From: an uncultured Eubacteriales bacterium
Lineage (GTDB): Bacteria > Acidobacteriota > Aminicenantia > Aminicenantales > Aminicenantaceae
Assembly (NCBI GenBank): GCA_964608785.1
Contig: CAZSPM010000001.1
Span: forward strand, 1 to 27,375
Direction: 5' to 3'
DNA: 27,375 nt
Each line of letters starts with the position of its first letter. Position 1 is the first letter of the stretch. Made by a program: the position numbers and the translations under genes. Below, one piece after another: positions 8,460 to 16,277 of the stretch. The notes under the pieces are model-generated. The model was not told where the DNA came from and made no database searches. It saw nothing but the letters and a program-made list of their open reading frames with translations.

Positions 8460-9206
8460 TTATTGTCCGTAAGCCATGAAGAGAAGACTCTTTTTTTTGA
8501 GGATATCCCTTTGAATCTGGGTGAGTTGTTTTATTCCTTTGTCAGCCATACTCAAGAGAGCGCTCAGTTCTTTTTTTGAAAATGGATTCTTCTCTGCGGT
8601 AGCCTGGACTTCCACAAGTTGTCCTTTCTCTGTTTCGACAACATTCATATCGATCTCTGCTCTTGAATCTTCGCTGTAGTCAAGGTCAAGGAGCAATTCT
8701 CCATCGACTATTCCCACGCTGGCGCTGCTGACTAGGTTTTTGAGAGGCATGATTTCTATTGTGTTTTCATCCAACATCTTCTTCAATGCAAGAGCTAGAG
8801 CGATACAACCAGCAGTGATAGAAGCTGCTCTTGTTCCGCCATCGGCCTGGATGACATCACAGTCGAGAATGATGCTCCTCTCTCCAAGGAGGCTCAGGTC
8901 AGTCACCGCTCGAAGAGATCGTCCTATAAGACGTTGAATCTCTTGGCTTCGTCCCGAAAGTTTTCCTGTAATTCGTTCTCTGACATTTCGTTTTTCTGTT
9001 GATCGGGGAAGCATTGAATATTCGGAGGTTATCCACCCAGTTCCTGAGTTTTTCAAAAAAGGAGGGATCTTCTCCTCGACGGTGGCAGTAGCTATGACTC
9101 TGGTCTTGCCGATCTCTATATAGGAAGAACCATCAGCAAACTCGATGTAATCTGGCTTGATTTTTACAGGTCTCAATTCGTCGAAGGAGCGGTTTTTGGC
9201 TCTCAT
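8460..9206 (-). CDS. rph: Ribonuclease PH
   Basis: [60 protein letters not shown]. Confidence 0.96.
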   Translation of the reverse strand: MRAKNRSFDELRPVKIKPDYIEFADGSSYIEIGKTRVIATATVEEKIPPFLKNSGTGWITSEYSMLPRSTEKRNVRERITGKLSGRSQEIQRLIGRSLRAVTDLSLLGERSIILDCDVIQADGGTRAASITAGCIALALALKKMLDENTIEIMPLKNLVSSASVGIVDGELLLDLDYSEDSRAEIDMNVVETEKGQLVEVQATAEKNPFSKKELSALLSMADKGIKQLTQIQRDILKKKSLLFMAYGQ

Positions 9207-9210
9207 AATA

Positions 9211-10107
9211 TTATTCTTCTCCTTCTGGCCTTGTCTTCCATCTGTTATGGAACCAGAGCCAATAGCTGGGTTTTTTTCGGATTTGATCCTCTATAATCTT
9301 AGTGCATATCTGGGTGATTTTCAATATATCCTTGTCGTAATCTTCTTCTAAAGAGATTTTCAGAGGGGAGAATATCTTTAGATGATACTTGTGGGAAGAA
9401 GCCGGATAACAGAAGACAGGAATGAGGGGGGACTTTGTCCTGAGAAAGAAAGCAGCAAGGCTTGGAGTTGTGGCTGCCTTTTTACCAAAAAAATCCACAA
9501 AAACGGCTTGGGATCGGAGGACATTCTGGTCAATTAAAAGAGCCATCATTTCTTTTTCGCGGAGAGATTGGAGAATTTGTCTTGTGGCTTGATGCTTGTA
9601 GATGACTTTTATTCCAAGACTCTCTCTGAGTTCGAGAAGTTCTTCCTCTAGAAGCTTGTTGTCCAGAGGACGGGCCACAACGCTCATTTTTCCTTGCTTT
9701 GTCAGGAAAAACGGTGCGATTTCCCAGTTTCCGTAATGAGCAGAGAAAAGCAAGGCACCCTTTTCTTTGCCCATGGCTTCCTGTAGGTTTTCTTCTCCTT
9801 CAACCAGAAAAAGTTTATTCTTTTTCTCCTCATTGAGGCGAGGAAATTTAACGATTTCTGCAAGAAGCGCGCCGAAATGCATGAATGATTCCCGTGCGAT
9901 CTTTTTAAGCTCTGAGGAAGATCGCTCAAGCCCAAGGGCCATATTGAGGTTAATCGAGGCTATCCGGCGATGCCTTTTATCCAGGGAGTAGAAGATCAAG
10001 CCTAATATTTTCCCCGCAAATATGCAAAGCTTTCTAGGCGGAAGAGCAAAGAGAAGCTTGACTGTTTGGAACAGGAAAAATTCTAATCGTTCTTTGAAGC
10101 TAGCCAT
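9211..10107 (-). CDS. lpxL: Lipid A late acyltransferase (LpxL/HtrB family)
   Basis: HYGNWE, DQN, V.FFG..A.T and W.W.H.RWKTRP; adjacent to lpxK. Acyl-chain specificity (LpxL vs LpxM-like) cannot be resolved. Confidence 0.8.
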   Translation of the reverse strand: MASFKERLEFFLFQTVKLLFALPPRKLCIFAGKILGLIFYSLDKRHRRIASINLNMALGLERSSSELKKIARESFMHFGALLAEIVKFPRLNEEKKNKLFLVEGEENLQEAMGKEKGALLFSAHYGNWEIAPFFLTKQGKMSVVARPLDNKLLEEELLELRESLGIKVIYKHQATRQILQSLREKEMMALLIDQNVLRSQAVFVDFFGKKAATTPSLAAFFLRTKSPLIPVFCYPASSHKYHLKIFSPLKISLEEDYDKDILKITQICTKIIEDQIRKKPSYWLWFHNRWKTRPEGEE

Positions 10108-10115
10108 TTGGATGT

Positions 10116-11108
10116 TTAACCTTTATTTTGAAGAGGAGAGAGAACTTCTTGGTAAAATTCCTCCCTTAGTGAAATGTCGATCTTCAAATAATATACTGGG
10201 ATTTTTTCAAAGCCTTCGAAATCAGAAATCTTCAGAGCGTCTTTCTCTGTAGTAATTAACGCTTCGGCATTGGCTTTCTGGCATTTTGCCACGATCTTTT
10301 TTAGAGAAGAAGGCGGGTAGGCATAATGGTCAGGAAATTTAAAGAAAGATACAATCTCCAGGCCTTTTTCTTGGAGAAGGGAGGAGAATCTTTCAGGGCG
10401 AGCTATGCCGCAGAATGCAAAAAATTTTTTTCCTTTGATTTCTTCCTCTTGAATCACCTCATTCCCGTGCAGGTCGAAGAAAGTTTTAGGAATGACATCA
10501 TATTCAAATGCGGCTGTTCGTGGAAAACGATCTTCTAACCTGCTTGTCGCTCGCTTACTGACTCCTTTCTTTATCAACAGAATGTGGGCTCTTTTAAGGG
10601 AGGAGATAGGCTCTCTGAGTGGCATTTTTTCCGATGCGTCATAGAGGACAACATCCAGGTCTCTGCGAAGGCGGCGGTGCTGGAATCCATCGTCCAAAAT
10701 AGCTGGTGAAAAGGATAGATCATGGGCCTTGATGCAGGATTTATAACGGTTTTTTCCAAGGAAGATGCCAGCCTGAGGAATGTTCTTGGCAACCATGAAA
10801 GGTTCATCACCAGAATCCTTCCATGTTCCGAACAAGCCTTTGCCGTCGGAAAGAACGCCTCCCCTTTTTTCCCATTTTCCTTTATAGCCTCGCGAGATCA
10901 AGGCCGGCTTAAATCCCTTCGTAGAGAGGAACGAAATAAGATTCATGACCAAAGGAGTTTTCTCTGTTCCTCCAAAGGCGATGTTTCCGATACTGATCAC
11001 AGTCAATGGAGCTTTCTTTGGTTTGAGGATTTTCCAACTATAAAGCAAATTTTTTGCCCGGCATCCGAAGCGATAAAAAAAGGAAAGGCTAGAAAGAAGA
11101 AAATTCAT
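10116..11108 (-). CDS. lpxK: Tetraacyldisaccharide 4'-kinase
   Basis: VISIGNIAFGGTEKTP, SRGYKG, GDEP, LDDGFQH..L.RDLD, LREP, FCGIARP.RF, FPDHY.Y, ITTEKDA.K. Confidence 0.92.
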   Translation of the reverse strand: MNFLLSSLSFFYRFGCRAKNLLYSWKILKPKKAPLTVISIGNIAFGGTEKTPLVMNLISFLSTKGFKPALISRGYKGKWEKRGGVLSDGKGLFGTWKDSGDEPFMVAKNIPQAGIFLGKNRYKSCIKAHDLSFSPAILDDGFQHRRLRRDLDVVLYDASEKMPLREPISSLKRAHILLIKKGVSKRATSRLEDRFPRTAAFEYDVIPKTFFDLHGNEVIQEEEIKGKKFFAFCGIARPERFSSLLQEKGLEIVSFFKFPDHYAYPPSSLKKIVAKCQKANAEALITTEKDALKISDFEGFEKIPVYYLKIDISLREEFYQEVLSPLQNKG

Positions 11109-11116
11109 CCTTTGGG

Positions 11117-11145
11117 ACTATACACCATTAGATTTTCTCTTTCAA
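11117..11145 (-). promoter_or_regulatory. Sigma70-like promoter of the lpxK operon
   Basis: TTGAAA-17 nt-TATAGT, ending 8 nt before the lpxK ATG. Confidence 0.55.
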
Positions 11146-11161
11146 CCCAACACGTCCCGAC

Positions 11162-11295
11162 GGGGTCAGGTCTTGTTTTTTGCTTTTTTATGGCGGCAGG
11201 GGCCTTTGACTTCCTTCTCTTTGCGCTTAAAAAAGTTAAAGAACAAGGATCAGATGCTATTTTATGAAAAAAAGCAAAAAACAAGACCTGACCCC
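11162..11295. repeat. 134-bp element with perfect 28-bp terminal inverted repeats (MITE/REPIN-like)
   Basis: GGGGTCAGGTCTTGTTTTTTGCTTTTTT at 11162-11189 is the exact reverse complement of 11268-11295. Spacer is 78 nt. No target-site duplication seen. Confidence 0.85.
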
Positions 11296-11305
11296 AATAA
11301 AGAAA

Positions 11306-11333
11306 TTGACTTTAGCGTGCTTCGTGTGATAAT
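11306..11333 (+). promoter_or_regulatory. Sigma70-like promoter of the BNR/VPS10 gene
   Basis: TTGACT-16 nt-GATAAT with an extended -10 TGn. Confidence 0.5.
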
Positions 11334-11428
11334 TATACAGCTACATTTTTGTACGGCCATTTCAGACAACAAATAATGAGTATTCCGATAAAATACTCAG
11401 TCACAAAAATAACAAAGGAGGGCAAACT

Positions 11429-14400
11429 TTGAGAAAAGAAAAATTTTCATCTCGTGTTTTATTAGTTTTGTGTCTTGGTTTTGTACTCGTCCTTTTTGTT
11501 GGTGCTAACAAAGCAGAAAAGAAGGCTGTACCCCTTAATATGGAGTCTGTACTTGAGGGTCTTAAATGGCGGTGTATAGGTCCTGCAAATATGGGAGGAC
11601 GGATTGACGATTTTGCTGTTGTGGAGAGTACGCCTCACATTATCTATGCAGGAACTGCCTCAGGAGGAGTATGGAAGACGACCAATAATGGTGTAACTTG
11701 GGAGCCTATTTTTGATGATCAACAGACAAGCACAATAGGGGATGTGACCGTCTCTCCTTCAAATCCTGATTTAGTCTGGGTAGGCACTGGCGAGCCGAAT
11801 AACCGTCAGAGTTCTTCATGGGGGAATGGTGTCTATAAATCGACAGACGGTGGAAGGACCTGGAGGAATATGGGTCTTATGGATACTCATCACATCGGTC
11901 GTATGCTCATTCATCCCACAAATCCAGACATTGTTTATGTGGCAGCCTTAGGCCATCTCTGGGGTCCGAACAAGGAAAGGGGTCTTTTTAAAACAACAGA
12001 CGGTGGTAAAACCTGGGTCAATACAAAATTCATCGATGAAAATACTGGATTTATAGATGTTGCTATGGATTCAGAGAATCCGAATACTTTATATGCGGCA
12101 GCTTATCAGAGACGCCGACGTGGCTGGGGCTTTAGCGGAGGTGGACCTGGGAGCGGTCTCTACAAGACAACCGATGGCGGAGAAAATTGGATTCTTCTTA
12201 CTGACGGACTGCCTGCAGGAGACATAGGCCGCATCGGGATCGATATATACCGCAGCAATCCTAATATAGTCTATGCCATTATCGAAAGCAGGCCAGGAGG
12301 AGTTTTCCGTTCCGAGGACAAGGGCCTATCCTGGAAAAAGATGTCGCCCACGAATCCCCGGCCCATGTATTACAGCCAGATACGCATAGATCCGAACAAC
12401 GACCAGAGGATCTGGGTTCTTGGAGCCCGGATGTATGTCTCAGAAGACGGAGGAAAAACTTTTAACACGAGTTATGTCGGTAGAGTTCACGGCGACCATC
12501 ATGCAATGTGGATTAATCCTGATAACTCCAATACCATGGTTCTTGGCTCGGATGGAGGAATTTATTTTTCCTATGACCGAGGCAAGACCTGGGATTTTAT
12601 CAATACCCTCCCTCTCGGACAATTTTATGAGATCGGCTTTGACATGCGCAAGCCCTATTATGTTTATGGAGGCCTGCAGGATAACGGAAGCTGGGGAACT
12701 CCGAGTGCGACGTTGTATCGATTGGGGGTTACAAACGAAGATTGGTTCAGAATAGGCGGCGGAGATGGATTCTACACTCAAGTCGATCACACAGATTATA
12801 ATACCATCTATGCAGAATCCCAGAATGGGAACCTTTTCAGGCTTGACTTAAGGACAGGAGAAAGCAAATCTATCAGGCCTCGGCCAGAGGATGACAATGA
12901 GCGCTATAGATTCAACTGGAATTCTCCGATACTGATTTCTCCTCATGATAGCAATACTATCTATTATGGCGGCAATAAACTCTTTAAATCCAAAGACAGA
13001 GGAGAGACATGGGAAGCTTCGGAAGACCTCACCACGCAACAGGATAGAGAAAAGCTTCCCCTTATGGGAGTCCTTCCGGACAAGAAGACTCTCTCTCGGC
13101 ATGACGGGATCGCTTACTATGGAGATATCACCACAGTTTCCGAATCCCCCATCCATGAAGGCCTCCTCTATGCGGGAACAGATGACGGGAATCTCCAGAT
13201 CTCTCGTGATGGCGGTAAAACATGGAAAAATGTCATAGGCAAGGTTCCCGGTGTGTCCAAGTATACCTATGTCTCGCGAGTCGTTGCTTCATGCCACGAA
13301 GAAGGGACGGCATATGCGACTTTGGATGGACACCGAAATGATGATTTTAAAGCCTATGTCTTCATGACAACCGATTATGGAGAAAGCTGGAAGGACATTT
13401 CTGGCAACCTGTCTGTAGGTAGTATTGTCAATGTTATCCGAGAGCATCATCGTAATCCTAATCTCTTGTTTATTGGCACAGAAAGAGGCGCCTACTTCTC
13501 GATTGATAGGGGAAAGAGTTGGATAAAATTTAAAGGGAACTTCCCTATGGTTCCTGTTGATGATATTAGCATTCATCCCCGCGAGAATGACCTGATTTTC
13601 GGTACTCATGGCCGGAGCATCTGGATTTTAGATGATATTACTCCTTTAGAACAGCTCACAAAGGAAACCCTGGCCTCTCCTGCTTACCTTTTTGACATTC
13701 GTAAAGCGACGATGTTTAATCCTTACAACCACAAGGGCAATCTTGGTCACAAATTTTTTGTAGCTCCTAACCCGCCCTTTGGTGCCATGATGAGCTACTT
13801 TCTGAACGAAAAGACAAAAGATAGTGTTGAAGTAATCATCCAGGACAGCTCTGGTCAGAAGATAAGGGAACTCAAGGGTCCAAAGAATAAAGGAATCAGT
13901 CGAATTGCTTGGGACCTTAGGTATGGTCCTCCCCCAATGGCTGGCCAGGCAGGCCGCCGCTTCAGAGCACAGGGTCCTTATGTTCTTCCCGGAAAGTACC
14001 AGGTCATCCTGAAAGCCGCAGGTCAGGAGATGACAAAAACCGTTGAGGTGGAGGGCGATCCGAGAATCGATATTTCTTTTGAAGACCGGAAAGCACAGCA
14101 TGATGCCCTTTTGAGGCTCTATAAACTGTATCCGAGCCTATCAACAACAAGCAGTACTATAGACAATATTAGAAAGGAAATTCAGAAACAGAATACAGCT
14201 CTGAAAAAAGTATCAGATGTGCCCGAAGCCATCACTGAGCAGATTAAAGCCATATCCAAGGAAATCGAAGACGTTCGGATTAAGTTGATGGGCGATCCGA
14301 GTGCAGGCCGCCGGGGAATGAGCCGTTCAATCAGAGGAAGGCTGTTCATGCTCGGAAGGGCTATCGGAGGATTCACCGGCGCTCCTTCTGAGCGCCAAGT

Positions 14401-14551
14401 TCAACAAATTGCCAAAGATTCTGAGGAATTAAAATCAATTATTGGGAGAGTGAACAAGATAATAGAGGTAGACATTCCCAAACTAAACAAGCTGATGAAC
14501 GAAAGCAATATCCCCCGTATTTTTCCTCCTAAGAAGATAAAGATTAATTAG
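11429..14551 (+). CDS. Exported BNR/Asp-box beta-propeller protein (VPS10/sortilin-like, often annotated glycosyl hydrolase) with C-terminal helical tail
   Basis: N-terminal signal peptide, WR.IGPA..GGRI start, many S/T-x-D-G-G-x-T-W Asp-boxes, GGLQDNG, GGDGF, FGTHGRS.WILDD. TTG start preceded by GGAGGG. Confidence 0.85.
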   Translation: MRKEKFSSRVLLVLCLGFVLVLFVGANKAEKKAVPLNMESVLEGLKWRCIGPANMGGRIDDFAVVESTPHIIYAGTASGGVWKTTNNGVTWEPIFDDQQTSTIGDVTVSPSNPDLVWVGTGEPNNRQSSSWGNGVYKSTDGGRTWRNMGLMDTHHIGRMLIHPTNPDIVYVAALGHLWGPNKERGLFKTTDGGKTWVNTKFIDENTGFIDVAMDSENPNTLYAAAYQRRRRGWGFSGGGPGSGLYKTTDGGENWILLTDGLPAGDIGRIGIDIYRSNPNIVYAIIESRPGGVFRSEDKGLSWKKMSPTNPRPMYYSQIRIDPNNDQRIWVLGARMYVSEDGGKTFNTSYVGRVHGDHHAMWINPDNSNTMVLGSDGGIYFSYDRGKTWDFINTLPLGQFYEIGFDMRKPYYVYGGLQDNGSWGTPSATLYRLGVTNEDWFRIGGGDGFYTQVDHTDYNTIYAESQNGNLFRLDLRTGESKSIRPRPEDDNERYRFNWNSPILISPHDSNTIYYGGNKLFKSKDRGETWEASEDLTTQQDREKLPLMGVLPDKKTLSRHDGIAYYGDITTVSESPIHEGLLYAGTDDGNLQISRDGGKTWKNVIGKVPGVSKYTYVSRVVASCHEEGTAYATLDGHRNDDFKAYVFMTTDYGESWKDISGNLSVGSIVNVIREHHRNPNLLFIGTERGAYFSIDRGKSWIKFKGNFPMVPVDDISIHPRENDLIFGTHGRSIWILDDITPLEQLTKETLASPAYLFDIRKATMFNPYNHKGNLGHKFFVAPNPPFGAMMSYFLNEKTKDSVEVIIQDSSGQKIRELKGPKNKGISRIAWDLRYGPPPMAGQAGRRFRAQGPYVLPGKYQVILKAAGQEMTKTVEVEGDPRIDISFEDRKAQHDALLRLYKLYPSLSTTSSTIDNIRKEIQKQNTALKKVSDVPEAITEQIKAISKEIEDVRIKLMGDPSAGRRGMSRSIRGRLFMLGRAIGGFTGAPSERQVQQIAKDSEELKSIIGRVNKIIEVDIPKLNKLMNESNIPRIFPPKKIKIN

Positions 14552-14573
14552 CGGAAAAAGTCTGATATTCAGC

Positions 14574-14602
14574 TTTACATAAAATTTCTGTTTTTTTATA
14601 AT
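14574..14602 (+). promoter_or_regulatory. Sigma70-like promoter
   Basis: TTTACA-17 nt-TATAAT upstream of 14636. An AAGGAG Shine-Dalgarno precedes the ATG. Confidence 0.65.
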
Positions 14603-14635
14603 ACATCCAAGTTTTAAGGAAAAAGGAGACAAGAG

Positions 14636-15502
14636 ATGGTAAAAAAAATATCGGTTGTGATTGTCTTGATAACAATGGTACTGGTTTCTTTTAATTGTCG
14701 TAAGAAAGCAGGAGTCAAAGGTGTTGACCTTGAGATAAAGTTTTCTGAGACTCCGCTGTCTGATTATTTAATCACAGATATCCAGTATACCTGGAAAACA
14801 GACAGTGAATATGTAAAAGTGAGCCAGGATTACAATGCTTTTGTTCACTTTTGGCACAAAGACAATCTGATTCTTCGAGATGATCATATACCCGCTGTTC
14901 CGACATCTTCATGGGAGCCTGAAAAGGAATACTCTTATTCACGAAGAATATATATTCCAAGATTTATAGATGAGTTCGATCCTGAGTTCGAAGGAGAAGA
15001 GGTCTTAAGGCTCTCTGCTGGCTTCTTCTCTCCCTATGATAGGACCGGAGAATCGAAGAGAGAAGTTTTAGAAAAGAAAATAAAAGTTGTGCCTCCTCCT
15101 CCTGATACTCCCGAAGTCATTTACGAAGATGGCTGGTATAATCATGAGATAAGCCCTGAGGCCTTTCTCAAAGAATGGAGATGGACTTCCAAGGAAGCCA
15201 GATGTATTGTCGATAATCCTCACCAAGATGCTCTCCTGGTCATAAGGGGGGGCGTTAACCTGGATGTGCTTGAAGATCAAAAGGTTATTTTCAAAATCAA
15301 CGATTTGGTTTTAGATGAGTTCATCCCCAGAGAAAGCTATTTTGAGAAATCTTACAAGGTAAAGAAAGAGATGCTTGGCGAAGGTGATGAATTTATTATC
15401 ACATTCTTGACGGACAAAACATTTATCCCGGCAAAAATCGTGCCGGGTTCTACGGACGATAGAGAGTTAGGAATTCAGATTTCCTTTATCTATTTTAGAT
15501 AG
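14636..15502 (+). CDS. Hypothetical exported protein, probable lipoprotein
   Basis: Basic N-terminus, hydrophobic stretch, then Cys21 (VSFN-C), followed by two predicted beta-rich domains. Has its own promoter and Shine-Dalgarno. Confidence 0.8.
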   Translation: MVKKISVVIVLITMVLVSFNCRKKAGVKGVDLEIKFSETPLSDYLITDIQYTWKTDSEYVKVSQDYNAFVHFWHKDNLILRDDHIPAVPTSSWEPEKEYSYSRRIYIPRFIDEFDPEFEGEEVLRLSAGFFSPYDRTGESKREVLEKKIKVVPPPPDTPEVIYEDGWYNHEISPEAFLKEWRWTSKEARCIVDNPHQDALLVIRGGVNLDVLEDQKVIFKINDLVLDEFIPRESYFEKSYKVKKEMLGEGDEFIITFLTDKTFIPAKIVPGSTDDRELGIQISFIYFR

Positions 15503-15529
15503 TACTTACCCTAGGCTCCTGGTCTTTGT

Positions 15530-16081
15530 CTAATTGCCTTTTTTCTTTATGACTCGAGTGCTTGATTGGTCTAGTTCTTTCTTCGCTTTGGCTACATCTT
15601 CTTTGGCTTTCTCGAGTTTTTGAAAAGTCTCGGCAATTTGTCTCTGAATGCTGCTTCTGTCAGTCATGTCATCCATACTGTAATACTCCTGCCATAGAGC
15701 GTTCAGCTTTGTGGTTAACAAATCTACGTATTCTTTGGCAGTGCTCCACTTCTGCTCGAGTTGATCTTTGCTGACTACAGTCCCAGTCTTATCTAACTCA
15801 GAAGTATTACCGGATAGTGTTTTTCCAGGTGGCGATTTTGGTTGAGAGCTTGATGGGCTTTTTGCTTTCGTTGTGGTAGCCGCAGGACGTGATGTAGTCA
15901 CTGCAGACTGCTTTTTAGTCTTTTTCAGACCGGCGTTGGTAATAACCACGCTTTTTTTCTTCTTTAATTTTTCTCTTCTTTCTTTCTCCTTTTTGGCCAA
16001 TTCCGCTACACTCTGGGAGAAGAGGAAAGAAGTGAATAGTAAGGGGAGGAACATCAGGGAAATAAATTTTTTGAAAGTCAT
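15530..16081 (-). CDS. Hypothetical secreted coiled-coil protein (183 aa; start moved from 16156 to 16081)
   Basis: MTFKK plus hydrophobic signal peptide, then QSVAELAKKEKERR, a low-complexity S/T/P/K linker and a helical C-terminus. A strong promoter lies inside the 5' extension given by the ORF track. Confidence 0.75.
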   Translation of the reverse strand: MTFKKFISLMFLPLLFTSFLFSQSVAELAKKEKERREKLKKKKSVVITNAGLKKTKKQSAVTTSRPAATTTKAKSPSSSQPKSPPGKTLSGNTSELDKTGTVVSKDQLEQKWSTAKEYVDLLTTKLNALWQEYYSMDDMTDRSSIQRQIAETFQKLEKAKEDVAKAKKELDQSSTRVIKKKGN

Positions 16082-16099
16082 TTTTGCTCTTCTATTTAT

Positions 16100-16128
16100 A
16101 TAATAAAGAACGTGGATATCTGTGTCAA
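16100..16128 (-). promoter_or_regulatory. Sigma70-like promoter
   Basis: TTGACA-17 nt-TATTAT, ending 18 nt before the ATG at 16081. Confidence 0.7.
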
Positions 16129-16277
16129 TCAGTATATGAACACTTATATCATTCAACTAAAGTTAAAGAAACAAGTAAATCCCCTTTACAGATGATTTCA
16201 AGGGTGATTTTTTACATCTCGAAAAGCTAGTCTGATTTATTTGGGTGATACTAAGATGAAAAAAGCAGTGATTCTTG

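Noticed and set aside
11173-11376. 67-aa ORF inside the inverted-repeat element (and the overlapping 10722..11267 ORF)
   Set aside because: It runs across A/T tracts, an inverted repeat and a promoter, has no ribosome-binding site and no recognisable protein features.
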